A DNA stretch of 62,979 nucleotides, filler included, from Reticulomyxa filosa (GCA_000512085.1; 17 parts of 17 records of this genome joined end to end with filler, not necessarily neighbours in it); one strand, 5' to 3'; positions 50,440 to 62,399 are shown, counted from the first letter of the whole stretch. Notes: a model not told the origin generated them from the sequence alone. Numbers and translations are program-made.

Positions 50440-53400
50440 TATTGGAGACTCGGACCATCGTTGCGACGACGTCTTACTTCTTCCACAAACAATTATCGCT
50501 TTGGTGGACATGTAAAGTAACGCATTCCTTTGTACATACAATCGTGCTTGCCAATCATCCACATCTGTCCGCTCGTCTGTTGCGAAGTGCATAGTGCCAA
50601 TGAAACGGATTGTGGCCATCATGCAATTGGTAAATTCCACTATCGCACAATCAAGAGACTTATAGTCACTTTTTTTGATTTTGTCCACTCGTTTGAGTTG
50701 CGTTGTTTGTCTTGGTCGAACTCATCCAATGCTAAAGGGTGAGCGAGTTATGCAATGCAAGTGGTTCACATTGAAGCGCATTGTTCGTCCAATCTAGACG
50801 TTTATTGATTCTTCGATCCACACGTCGACATCAATGCAATGTATTTCTTCTTCGTCCGTATCTTCAATGTTTTTTATGTATTCATGATGTCCACTGCTCA
50901 ATTTCACTCGTTTCCTTATACTGTATTTTGGAACGTCGTCTTCGCCGATTGCCGTTTTGACCAGGTATTTTTTAAAAAAAAAAAGATAGCATAAATATTG
51001 AATTTTGTTTTGTTCATTTGTCCTAATCTCCCTTCTATCTCAATAGCAACTGACAAACCTTGCACATAAAGTATGTACTGCCAATCGATCATTTAGGTAT
51101 TTTTCATTTAACTCAATGTCGTATACGTACTATCCGTTCATATCTTTTCCAATGTACAATATTGTCTATTTTTCCAAATTTCAAGTTTATCATTGCACAT
51201 TGTTTGAAAAAAAAAAATAGTCAGATTAACTTCTTTTTTTTCCTGTGTCAATCTGCGCTTGTTGTCGAATGATGTATTTGCTTTCTTCACTTCCGTCATC
51301 GCTGTCGTCTGTCGCTCTGGTTTTCACTTTCCAAATCGATTGAATGGTGACAATTGAGCTTCGTTTGACGAAAATACATCTTCCTTTGGGACACTCTACA
51401 TTTTACGCTCAAATCAAGTCACTATCAATTGATAAATATCTTTTGACTTCAAGCAAATATTGCAAAACAAAAACAAGACCAAAAACAAAACCTGAAAGTA
51501 TCGATATTTGCTGTCCACGCTATCATGAGCATCAGGAGTCCATATGCCTATAAAGGAAAGACAGCAAATCATTACATATTAAAAAAAACTGTCTCTAAAA
51601 AAATTAACATAATTCAATGACAATAACTTCGCTATCGGAAAAAGGAGAATAATCAATGTATTTGATGGCATTTGTTGTTTCCATTGATGAAAATTATGCA
51701 GCCGTTGGGCGTTTTTGGATCCAATAGCTTCACCAAAGGAATCATTACTTGAGAAACGGAGCCTTTTCGCGTAAAATGACCACGACCTATATTTGTTTCA
51801 AACTATTTCTTTCCCGGCACTGTGCCATTGTGTTCGATGATCCCTCCAATGTATTACACCACTCCTGCTTTCCATAAAAATAACTTCACATAGTCTCCAA
51901 TATTGAATTGGATTTTCGATAACGGCGCTTGCGGAGGTGGCGTTGTCTCGTTTTCGTCATCGATGTCGTTATCGTTGTTACCATCAGTTTGCTTTCCTAC
52001 ATCAAAACAAAGTCCAACAATAATCAAGTACTTATTTTTTTTTTCTAAAACAAATAAATAAATCATACAACTAGATTCTCTATATTGAGAGCGCACCAGA
52101 ATGCAAGTAACGTCAGCGAGCAAGTATCCACTGTTTTCGGCACACTGTATCGAACCACACACAAATATGGTAATACAAGGTAAGTCGAATCTTTTTTTTT
52201 TGTTGCGATCATATCATCATCACAGTCGGCAGCTCCCACAACATTGATTTTCCCATCACGAGCCCACTGTGTACATTGAGCAACTCCAAAATGACCACTT
52301 CTTCGACTTTGTCAGACTTCAATGAATTTGACATCAATTAATTTTGCCACGAGCCCAGTCACAAGCAGCAAAGCCATATCCGTCTTGGCAATGTAAATGG
52401 GCAAAGAATTCTTCAAATGCAATTATTTGCATAGGGCTGCCACCCATCCAAACTAAATGCCAATGGCAATTTGATCTTTGGAGAAATTGGCTTTTTCCTC
52501 AAATACTTTTATCACTTTCAATTTGCCTATTTTCGTGTTGTCAATATCAAATAAGGTATCCATATAATATATATGTATATGTACATATATATATATATGT
52601 ATATATATCAATTTATACACATTCAACATTAATTGCTTGGCCCACTTGTGGCAAATCAGAATACATCCCATTATCACATTGATATATTGGACGGGCTTTG
52701 CTTCATCTTTTTTGGTCTCTTTGCTGCTTTCCACATCGTCTTCATTGGCAGGTTTCAATTCCACTAACTTCAGCTGCTTGTCGCTTTTCGAGGCTTGTTT
52801 TTTCTTCTATTGTTTGACCATTATTTTGATCTAATCGTACAAATCATTCACAACTCAAAGGGGACCAGCAAGCCTCTTCCACCAGACGCCACAAAGTATT
52901 GCGTGCAATCTACAATTTTGTCGTGACCATTAGGCGACAATTATCCAACAAAATGACAAACATTTACCAATCGTCAAAGCTGACCGACTCCACAAACACA
53001 GACTTGCCAATGTTGCCTGTGTTGAGAATGACCATATCATCAGTTTTTACGGCCGGGGCTTTTTGCGTCGCAGATGGTTTTGCAGGAGGCACATTCAATG
53101 GGGGAGTGGTATTCAGCGTCGTGCTCGACTCGCGCGCGCGCGTCTGACCATATCTTCTATTTTTGACTGAAGGACACTTGAGTTTGAAGGCATCTGCCAA
53201 ATCTCGCAATTGGCCCAATTCGATGCCGGAGCGCAATTTTTTCTCAAAGACGTCTTCGCAGACGGATGACTTACTTATGTCGCTGCAGTTGGAATTGTGA
53301 TTGCTCCAAGCAGGCTGCTATATGCTTAATGATTTCAACGATTTCGGGGCGCTTTGTAAAATACAAGCGATCGTCGGCGGCGGTAAAAAGATACTTACCA

Positions 53401-54770
53401 CTATGTCCATTGAGATTCCATGAATCTATTTCGATACCAATCATTTCAGGATTCGTCGCTCATAGGGCCACAGGGTCAATATACTTTATTACATGTCTGT
53501 CCTCGCATCAATCGCACATGATCGTTGAACTTTAGATGTTTCAGCAATTCGTGTTTGAAATGGTGTCTTCTGTTTTGCTCAAGTTTTGTGCTTCCCATCG
53601 ACCAGTTTGATTAATTTGGGTTTTTTCTCTTCGTTTGTGGAACTGCTACTTCCAACAAATGTCACAGTCAGAATTTCGTTACCCGTTTGCTGAACAATTC
53701 ATTCTTCGCCCCGAATGCGACAAAACGTGATATCCTTCTTGAGGCGCTTTTTCACTTCGTTCCGCTTCTTCTTATTTGAACAATGATTCTGTGCTGGATT
53801 TGGACGACAGCACTTGCAACACTGATTGTCATAGAATGAACAAGCCACTATCTATTTTGGTTTGAAACATGGCTTGCCTATGAAATTTTTCGTCGTTGGC
53901 ATTGGGATCACATGTGTCCAACTCTCACTCCAATGAAGGGCTTAACTTACACGAGTTGTTACCAGCCTCTGTATCAATATATTTGACAATAGCTGTGTCT
54001 TTTTCTGCCAATTGATGCGATCCCCAACGTTCAAGTGGATGTCGTGCTTGATAATATCGGCCTGCTGCACAATGTCGAATGGCTCGTTGATGATTGAACC
54101 CAAGTTTTCGATGAGACGCTTTGATGGTGCGAAAAAGCCTCGATATGGATACGTCTTAGACTAAGAAGTGTCCTTGACTGTGCCGTCCATGGTATTGGCC
54201 GAAAAATCATGCAATACGAGTTTGATCAACGCCTCTTTGCAAATTCGTGAGTAAATAATCTTTGTCATCTATATTCCAATCACATTTATTGGGCCGCCAA
54301 TGTTGCAATTCAAATACAATAATTTCACTGTCGCTTAGACTATCAAATCCAATGAATATCACTTGCCAATGTTGTAATATTTGATTTTTACAAACTTGCT
54401 TTCACTCAAATCGCCGTTATATGACCTTGGCGCCCAAATGTTCAATCGCTTGAGATCGGCGGATAAATGCTCATCAATTGGAAGTATTTGCGTCCTTTGA
54501 ATGTCCCGACCGTAGCATTGGCATCACACTCGTACAGTTCCACTCCAATCATCGGCTCTGCTTGGCTAAACTCGATCTTTTCCACATACTTCACCATTAG
54601 ACGGACTTTGGTTCATCTTTTTTGGTTTCCTCGCTGGGTGGCCAATTTTCCAATAAAAAATAAAACATTTTCCGATCTCAAAGCTGACCGGTTCCACAAC
54701 TACATTGACAATGTCGTTCTTGTCGAGAACGATATTATCTTCTCTTTTGAACAAGCGCTTATGCGCAATC
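50440..54770 (-). pseudogene. Decayed multi-CAP-Gly repeat gene (about 10 units)
   Basis: Units include VKYVEKIEFSQAEPMIGVELYECDANATVGTFKGRKYF (54480-54595), NTMDGTVK..YRGFF (near 54160), ELDTCDPNAND (near 53910), MIGIEIDSWNLNGHSG (near 53420), PNGHDKIVDCTQYFVASGGRGLLV (near 52890), HNGTVPG/FETNIGRGHF (near 51810) and GKHDCMYKGMRYFTCPPKR (50497-50553). Many stops and shifts. Confidence 0.8.
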
Positions 54771-55859
54771 TTATAAGTTTTGGGAATAATCTCCCTATTT
54801 TTTCTTTTTCATTTTTCATCATTTTTTTATCTTTTTTTTTGCTCTTTTTGGTCTTTTTTTTCATTTTTTTCAATTTCCACTTTTTTCATTTTTATCTTTT
54901 TTTTTCTTCTTTTTCCAACACTTTTGATCATTTTTTTCTTTTTTTTTTCTTTTCTCATTCTTATTTTTTTTCTTTTTCTAAACAAAATTTTCCCCACTTT
55001 TTCCCCTTTTTTTCCCTCATTTCTTTTCCCTTAATTTTCCCCATCCCTCTCAAGTACAAATAAAAAATAAAAAACAAAAAAAACTTCACAATCTTTTGTT
55101 ATTGTTCCTATAACATACACAAATTAAAATAATTTTTCATTTTAAAGAAAAAAAAAAACATACTTTGACCGTTGAACTTGAAGCTCCACTTCCAATCACC
55201 TATTTTGTTTTTTCTTGTCACGGGGGTGGGAGGCAACACTTTTTTTTTTGGGGGCATGCCTATTCAAACAACAAACAAACATTTGATAAAAAAATAAAAT
55301 AAAAAATAAAAATAAACCTTTTTATTTTTTTTTCGACGCAGGGGTGGCTTCAACCCAAGTTTTTCTTTGGAGTGTGTACGTTTTTTTTTATTGTTTTTTT
55401 TGATGGACGGGTTGCGGCTATAAATACACATCAAGTTAATTATATCAAAAAAAAAAAAATGTATATAACAAACCTTGATTTCTCCTTGCGGAGACGGGGG
55501 GCCTTACCCCATAATATTTTCTTTTTTTCTCTTTTGTTGATTGATGCAAAGCATCCAAATAAAAAGACATTTTTTTTTTTTCAAAGTGGACTGTTCTGTT
55601 GCAAAAACAAAACCACTTTTTTTCAGTTGCAAAATTATAGAAAAAAAAAGAAAAAAAAGACCTACTGTTTGGAGAGTGCGAATGCACACTAATTACAAGC
55701 TGGACCAGAGACAACAAAAAAAAAAAAAAAAAAAGCCTTTTTTCGTTAAAACATAAATTNNNNNNNNNNNNNNNNNNNNNNNNNNNNNNNNNNNNNNNNN
55801 NNNTTAATTAATTAANNNNNNNNNNNNNNNNNNNNNNNNNNNNNNNNNNNNNNNNNNNN

Positions 55860-56949
55860 CGGCGTCCTGCCGATCTATCGCCCGCTCGACATGCCGGCGA
55901 TCGACGCCATGACCATGCGCGCCGTGCATCCGCTGCGCGCTCTCGATCATGCCGGATTCGATCTCGACCATTTCCCGCGTCGAATACCGCGCAAGCTCGA
56001 TCTCGCCCGTTGCCGGGTCCGCGCGCTCGGGCTGCAACTCGACCAGCGCCGGCGAGGCCATCACCTTCGCAAAGGCGCTCTGGAACTCCTGCGGGTCGTC
56101 GTTGATGTAGCGATGCAGCGCCCGCGCAACGTCGTGCCGGTCGAACACGCTCTTTTCGCCGGTGATGAGGGTTAGAACCTGCTCGGGCTTCTCTCGGATC
56201 AGCTCGGCATTGCGCCGGGCCGCTTCCTCGTCCAGCCGCGACCGCGACACGTCGAGGCCGCGCCGCTCCATCTGCGTGGCATGGACGCCCATATGCTCGG
56301 TCGGCGCGATCTCTAGCCCGCGCTCCATGTGCGAACGATGGTCAATGCGAATATCTAGCCCGGCCATCGCAAGGCGCTCGTTGGCGATCCCCTCCCACCT
56401 CTGGCGAAGGTCGCGGAGCTGCATATCGGTCGTCGGCAGGTCGTGCGCCAACAGCCATTTGTTTTCGCGCTCAAGATAGGTCTTGTCGCCTAACCCGCCC
56501 TCCGTCACCTGCCGCGTGGTCATAAGCAAATGGGCATGGTGATTGCGAACGTCGCTCGCCTCGTGCGGCGCATGAATGGCGAAGTCCACGGCCGCGCCGT
56601 AGCGGTCGGCCAGCTCCTGCGCCATCTCCCGCGCCGCCTCTAGCCGCTGCTCGGCCGAAAGCTCATGCGGCAAGGCAATCTCGAACTCCCGCGCAACGCG
56701 AGCGTCCTTCCGCTTCTCGGCAAATTCGGCGGCGTTCCACAAGTCCGACCGATCCCGCGCCCAATCGGCGTTCACGCCTTCCGGCAAGACGATCTCGGCA
56801 TGTTCAACACCCTGCTTGGCCGTGTAGTCGTGCGTGATCCCGTCGCGCTCGTTGGTCAGCTTCTCCCCGGCACGATAAGCCATTGAGGCGACGGCGCTAC
56901 GGCCACCCGCCCGCGAAACTGGCTTCATGCTGAAATGGTAGATTGCCAA
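55860..56949 (-). CDS. traA: Ti-type conjugative relaxase TraA (MobA/MobL, MOBQ), 3'-truncated
   Basis: TTG start after GAGG. MAIYHFSMK..SR..GRSAVASMAYRAGE, LWNAAE..EKRKDARVAREFEIALPHEL, the HUH motif AIHAPH..NHHAH, and RIDHRS. Confidence 0.95.
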
Positions 56950-56980
56950 CCCGTTGCCTCGATCCCGTTTCCGCCTTTCC

Positions 56981-57037
56981 CGCCAGCCTCCAAGCTGGCG
57001 GCGCGCTGAGTTACGCAGTAACTCGTAAGTGCGCCCT
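56981..57037 (+). promoter_or_regulatory. oriT: MOBQ-type oriT with nic core
   Basis: Inverted repeat GAGTTAC-gca-GTAACTC (57008-57024), then TAAGTGCGCCCT (57026-57037), matching the RSF1010/Ti-family TAAnWGCGCCCT core. A second inverted repeat CGCCAGC/GCTGGCG lies at 56981-57000. Confidence 0.9.
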
Positions 57038-57220
57038 TCTCAACTCAATCGCTACGCTCTTTCGCTGATCGGTGTGGCGCTCGCGGCAAGGTCGATGCAA
57101 TGAACTGAGGCCGGAATTGTGCTGCAAAACCGCTGAAAACTCAAGCGCAACAGGCAAACGCTGGAAAAGACGGTCGGGAATGATAGTCTAGGCGAACAAC
57201 CGGAAAAGGAGATTTGAGGA

Positions 57221-57526
57221 ATGGCGCGCAAAACGATCGAACAACGCTTGGCCGAACTGGATGCGCAGCGCGCCACGCTCAAGGCCCGTCTGTCGAAGCA
57301 GGAACGCGCCAACGACACGCGCCGCAAGGTGCTGCTCGGCGCGCTCGTCCTGCATCGCCTCGAACACGGCAAGGATGAAGAATTTTCCCGGCGCTTGGGC
57401 GAATGGCTCAAGCGTGAGCTGCCCGACTTCCTGACGCGCCCCGGTGACAAGGAACTGTTTGCCGACCTGATCGACAACGCGCCGGCCGGGGAGACGACAG
57501 GCAGCGCCGGGGGGACGGCCGCATGA
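57221..57526 (+). CDS. Small mobilisation accessory protein (MobC/MobS/TraD-like)
   Basis: 101 aa with a coiled-coil N-terminus and RANDTRRKVLLGALVL. Lies between oriT and traG; GGAG/GAGG upstream. Confidence 0.8.
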   Translation: MARKTIEQRLAELDAQRATLKARLSKQERANDTRRKVLLGALVLHRLEHGKDEEFSRRLGEWLKRELPDFLTRPGDKELFADLIDNAPAGETTGSAGGTAA

Positions 57527-59187
57527 GTCAGGCGAGACTTGCATGGGGTGCGTTCAAGAACATGGTGCGGCAGGCCGCGCGTGATCCGCTATGGGCGTTC
57601 GTCGCTCTGCTCGCCGCACCTTTCCGCATCTGGAAACCGCTTCTCGGGCTTCTGTTCCTCCTTGTTATCGTCCTGTTCGTCGTCGGCTTCGGCGGCCGCT
57701 TCGCTCTCGAACAAATCGGCTTTCGCGTCGGCTCGGTTCCGGTTCTCCTGCTCGATCTCGTCACGCTGCTGGTGCTGCTGGCGCTCGCCTTCCGCTTCCT
57801 CACCAATCCGCTGATTATCCATTTCGGGGATATGGACGGCGAAACCCACGGCTCGGCCCGCTTCGCCACCGACAAGGAAACCGCCGCCCTCGCCCGCGCC
57901 GATTCCGGCCTGCTGATCGGCCGCGACGGCAAGACCGGAAAGCTCCTGCGCTATGACGGCCCGGCCCATCTGCTGACGATGGCACCGACGCGCACCGGCA
58001 AAGGGGTGGGAACCATCATCCCCAACCTGCTCACCGCCGACCGCTCCGTGATCTGCATCGACCCCAAGGGCGAAAATGCCAAGATCGCCGGCCGCGCCCG
58101 CCAGCAATTCGGCCCGGTCCATGTCCTCGACCCCTTCGGCGTCACCGGCCAGCCCTCGGCCGCCTTCAATCCCCTCGACCAGCTCGACCCGGCCGGCCTC
58201 GATGTCGCGGAAGATGCAAGCACCTTGGCCGACGCCCTCGTGTTCGATGAACCGGGCATGGCCGGCGAAGCGCATTGGAACGAGGAAGCCAAGGCGCTCA
58301 TTGCCGGCCTGATCCTCCATATTGCCGCCAGCGCGCCGCGCGACAGGCGGAACCTCGCCACCCTGCGCGAATATCTCACCCTCGCCCCTGAAGCCTTCGC
58401 GGCGCTCCTGAAGGACATGCAGGCATCAACGGCCGCCTCCGGCCTGATCGCCCGCGCTGCAAACCGCCACCTCGGCAAATCCGACCGCGAGGCGGCCGGC
58501 GTCCTCTCGGCCGCGCAGCGCCATACCCATTTCCTCGACAGCCCGCGCATGGTCGCCGTCCTCGACCGATCCGATTTCGGCTTTGCCGATCTCAAGCGCC
58601 GCAACGTCTCGGTGTTCCTCGTCCTGCCGCCCGATCGGCTCGCCACCTATTCCCGCTGGCTGCGCCTGCTCGTCGCGCAAAGCCTCACCGACATGGCCCG
58701 CGATCCCGCCAAGCCGGCCGTGCCGGTCCTCTATCTGCTCGATGAGTTCGCCGCCCTCGGCCATCTGGCCCCCGTCGAGCGCGCAATGGGCCTCATGGCC
58801 GGCTACGGCGTCCAGCTCTGGCCGATCCTGCAAGACGTTCACCAGCTCCGCGCCACCTACGGGCAACGCGCCGGCACCTTCCTGTCAAATGCCGGCGTCC
58901 TACAGGTGTTCGGCGCCAACGATCACGACAGCGCCCGGCTTGTCTCCGATCTGCTCGGGCAGGAAACCGTTGTGTTCCAGACCATGAGCCGGGCGCTCGA
59001 TTCCGATAAATCCGGCATCTCCTACGGCGAGCAACACACGGCCCGCCCGCTGCTGACCCCCGATGAGGTCCGCAACCTGCCGCAGCATGTCGAATTGCTG
59101 TTCCTCGCCGGGCAACGGCCGATCGTCGCCGGCAAGCTCGCCTATTATGCCGATGCAGAGTTCCGGGGGCTGTATGACGCTGCCTGA
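57523..59187 (+). CDS. traG: Type IV coupling protein TraG/VirD4
   Basis: Two N-terminal TMs, HGSARFA, Walker A APTRTGKG, IDPKGE, FNPLD, Walker B LLDEF and RPLLTPDEV. The start overlaps the upstream stop (ATGA). Confidence 0.95.
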   Translation: MSQARLAWGAFKNMVRQAARDPLWAFVALLAAPFRIWKPLLGLLFLLVIVLFVVGFGGRFALEQIGFRVGSVPVLLLDLVTLLVLLALAFRFLTNPLIIHFGDMDGETHGSARFATDKETAALARADSGLLIGRDGKTGKLLRYDGPAHLLTMAPTRTGKGVGTIIPNLLTADRSVICIDPKGENAKIAGRARQQFGPVHVLDPFGVTGQPSAAFNPLDQLDPAGLDVAEDASTLADALVFDEPGMAGEAHWNEEAKALIAGLILHIAASAPRDRRNLATLREYLTLAPEAFAALLKDMQASTAASGLIARAANRHLGKSDREAAGVLSAAQRHTHFLDSPRMVAVLDRSDFGFADLKRRNVSVFLVLPPDRLATYSRWLRLLVAQSLTDMARDPAKPAVPVLYLLDEFAALGHLAPVERAMGLMAGYGVQLWPILQDVHQLRATYGQRAGTFLSNAGVLQVFGANDHDSARLVSDLLGQETVVFQTMSRALDSDKSGISYGEQHTARPLLTPDEVRNLPQHVELLFLAGQRPIVAGKLAYYADAEFRGLYDAA

Positions 59188-59363
59188 CGTGACAAGAAGC
59201 GGACCCGGCGCATAGCGCCGGGACTTTGTTACGAACGGCCCTCCGGCTCTCTACGGCGCTATTGGGGAGCGCGTTCGCCTCCGGGCCGGCGCGGCTTGCG
59301 CCGCGATCCACCCGCCGACCTGGTGCAAGCTCTATTCAGGGAAACGCCACGGCCGCGACGATA

Positions 59364-59417
59364 GCCCCCCGGCCGGCCCGCTCTCATCATCTAGGGCCGT
59401 AGGGACGGCCGGGGGGC
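59364..59417. repeat. GC-rich 12-bp inverted repeat downstream of traG
   Basis: GCCCCCCGGCCG (59364-59375) pairs with CGGCCGGGGGGC (59406-59417). No U-tract. Confidence 0.7.
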
Positions 59418-61225
59418 GGGCCACGCGCGCAAGCATTAGCGTATTTAGCTATTTACGTATCAACGTGCATAAGGCTCGATCGGCGGCAATCCGTGCTGTG
59501 CCAGAANNNNNNNNNNNNNNNNNNNNNNNNNNNNNNNNNNNNNNNNNNNNTTAATTAATTAANNNNNNNNNNNNNNNNNNNNNNNNNNNNNNNNNNNNNN
59601 NNNNNNACACTGGCAATTTCCAAAAGCTCATTTTTCAAGTTTCTTATTTTTTTTTTTTTTAAATAGGAGAAAATTGCAAGTCAAAAAGATTGAAAATAAA
59701 ATTTTTTTTAAAAAAATAAAGTGAATAAATTTGAAAAATGGTTTCAAACGTGGGGTTTGGCGATATATTGGAGTATGGGACGAAGAATCACGCTGAGTTG
59801 GAACAGCGACTACCGACGGAGTATGACAGGTATTCCCAAAGATATTGCTAGATTGATGCCAACATCAATGCAAATGGCAGTGATAATAATGGCAATCGTG
59901 CAATGCTATTTAAAAGATCAACTTAGCGTCACGTATACAAATTAACTTTTTTCTATGTAATATATTTGTATATATGTATATATATACATATATAACAAAG
60001 AATGGAATTGGTGGCGTCTGATACCGAGACTTACTTGTTTATCGTTTGCAACGAGTTCAATAGTATAAATCGGAAACAGACAAGTAGAAAAGACAAAGGC
60101 AAATGCGATGGACTCTTGATTGAGCAATTACATTGAAGCAGATGTCAATAACGAAGATGATGATAGAAATGAAAAGGAGGAAGAGAAATGGCATATGATG
60201 CCATAGACGACAGCGGATGATGAGACATTTGGAATAAGAAATTACTTGCACTTTTTGCGGCAATTGCAAAGCAAAGTGGCGAACAGCAGTTGTGTTCGTA
60301 CTACCGAGTATCTCACAAAGATCTGGCCGACATGTTGCAAGACAAACATCGATAGGTACTCTACAACATCTTTCATCCCGTTTTCTTTACCTTTTTTTCC
60401 ATCACCTTTCTGTCCAACCTCAACATCAACACTAACACAAACATGTATTTGAACATGAATTTGAATTCGAGTGCAAATTTCAATGGAGATTATCATTCTT
60501 CTACTGTTACTTCAGTAGCAAATTTACAAGCGCTATCCGGCAAGGATCACGTGTGCATGTTTTTGTATTTGTTCATCTTGTTAGCTCAGAATAGCTCAAA
60601 TTACAAAAAGTAATTATGATATAGCATTCATCAAAGAGCAAATGATAAATATTATAACGACTTTGGAAAAACAATAAATAATTTAAAAAGATCACAATAC
60701 AATAATAATTGATTTAATTGAATTTTGTGAACAAACAGTAATGTAATTTCAACAAGTTTATAAGAGCTTTAAATATACTATCCAAAAAATAAGTATTGAG
60801 TAATTTTATCATTATGCAAAGGCAACATGTGATAGTGTAAAGTAATAAAAAAAGATGATAACAGTGAATAGTATGTAAATCATGCACGAATTATAATATT
60901 CCCAAAAAAAAAATACAGTATATGTCTATTTTTCGGCGCAATATTTTTTTCCACTTTTCAATTTAATAATTTTGACATCGTCCAAAAGCTCAGATGAACA
61001 AGCAAATATTATCACAATAAAAATCATCACAAAATAAGCAAACGGCAATTGCTTCAAAAATTTTATAGAAATACAAAAATTAGAAACCAAATTTTTATTA
61101 TTATCANNNNNNNNNNNNNNNNNNNNNNNNNNNNNNNNNNNNNNNNNNNNTTAATTAATTAANNNNNNNNNNNNNNNNNNNNNNNNNNNNNNNNNNNNNN
61201 NNNNNNAACACACGCAAGAAACGGA

Positions 61226-62399
61226 ATGCACAAAAGATGCCAGAACGCTCAAAAGTTCTTCCAGCAATCGCAACCAGTCTCCAACCATCCTCAACAGAGC
61301 TCACAAATTGCCGATACTCATTGGGTCCTTCCTTCACCAACAGCAATTGCATTTTGTCCTGCGAGATTGATACATCGTCGTTGGAAGCAAAAAGACCTAC
61401 AGTCATTATGGAACGAGTTTATAGACCATTCCCGAGAGATTTCGTCCCACTCGTTAAAACACGCACGAGCTCCCACCAAATCCGACAAACTTCGATCATG
61501 TCGCAATTTTGCAGCATTGGGTGAGTACTCCAACGCTTTTCGAGCGCTTCACTCCCAAGGACGATCGACATACGACAAGTGCACAATAGATACACTTAAA
61601 GCGAACCAAAGATCGATTTAGAGTCATTTAGTTCAACGCCAAGAGATCCATTTACGAAGGAAGAAGTAATTGCATACGCACAGAAGTTACGTCGTTCTTC
61701 GTCCGGTGGTCCTGATTTTTTCTCAGCGCAATACCTCCTGGACATGATCCCCTTTGAAGTGGAATCGGGTGTTGTAAGTCAATGGACACAAGTGGCAAAA
61801 CTCATTGGTGAAGACGAAGTAAATGTAGATGGTGCTGCAATCGCATATGGGGCTCGATTGATTGCCATTCCAAAACCAGACGGATCCCCTAGGCCAATAG
61901 TAATTGGATGTTTACTTCGATGTACAGCAGCAGCAATCCTCCCACAAGGCACAAACACGAAATACAACAAGCGGTGGGTGCGAAACAGTTTGGAATCAAC
62001 GTCCCTTCATGAGTGGAGGTATTCGTACATGGATTCAAAGCGGCTGTCCAATGGGCAAGCAAGGACAAAAACAGAGTCGCAGTCAAAGTCGATTTCAAAA
62101 ACGCTTTTAATATTATACGTCGTAAAAAAATTGGAATTAGTCGGTTCGAGTCTCCAATCATTATTCAAGTATGTTCATGGTTGCTATGGGAACATTCGTC
62201 ACTGTTTCTGCCAACGGGTGAAACCATTCCGTCATGTACTGGCATACAACAAGGAGATCCACTCAGTGGATCCATATTCGCAATAGTCTTGGCTGATGCC
62301 TTGGAAAATTCTTTTCATAATCACGCGTGCTATTGGGCAGCGTACAACGACGATTTGACAATGGCAGGTACAATTGATTCTATCTATACTCGCATATAA
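61226..62399 (+). mobile_element. Frameshifted non-LTR retrotransposon reverse transcriptase, CRE/SLACS-like
   Basis: GEYSNAFRAL, SSGGPD, ARLIAIPKPDGSPRPIVIG, QFGI, KVDFKNAFN, GIQQGDPL and AYNDD occur in order across three frames. Confidence 0.85.

Larger units (their letters stand above)
55860..59506. mobile_element. Bacterial (probably alphaproteobacterial) plasmid/ICE mobilisation region on a separate contig
   Basis: Abrupt high GC, no introns, Shine-Dalgarno sites, an ATGA overlap and a divergent traA / accessory-traG layout around oriT. Bounded by linkers on both sides. Confidence 0.95.

Noticed and set aside
57052-59311. Long antisense and alternate-frame ORFs over traG and the oriT region
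   Set aside because: They are shadows of high-GC codon bias, with no motifs.
55860-59506. Horizontal transfer of tra genes into the eukaryote
   Set aside because: There is no junction with host DNA, no amelioration and no introns.
59607-61106. Exon-like fragments at about 59780-60560, and similar ones at 24900-25940
   Set aside because: They are interrupted and carry no recognisable motif, so I cannot support a call.
14034-61206. TTAATTAATTAA recurring 16 times as a repeat, CRISPR-like array or recombination signal
   Set aside because: It is always centred in exactly 44+44 N and puts stops in all frames, so it is a concatenation linker. Adjacency across linkers has no biological meaning.
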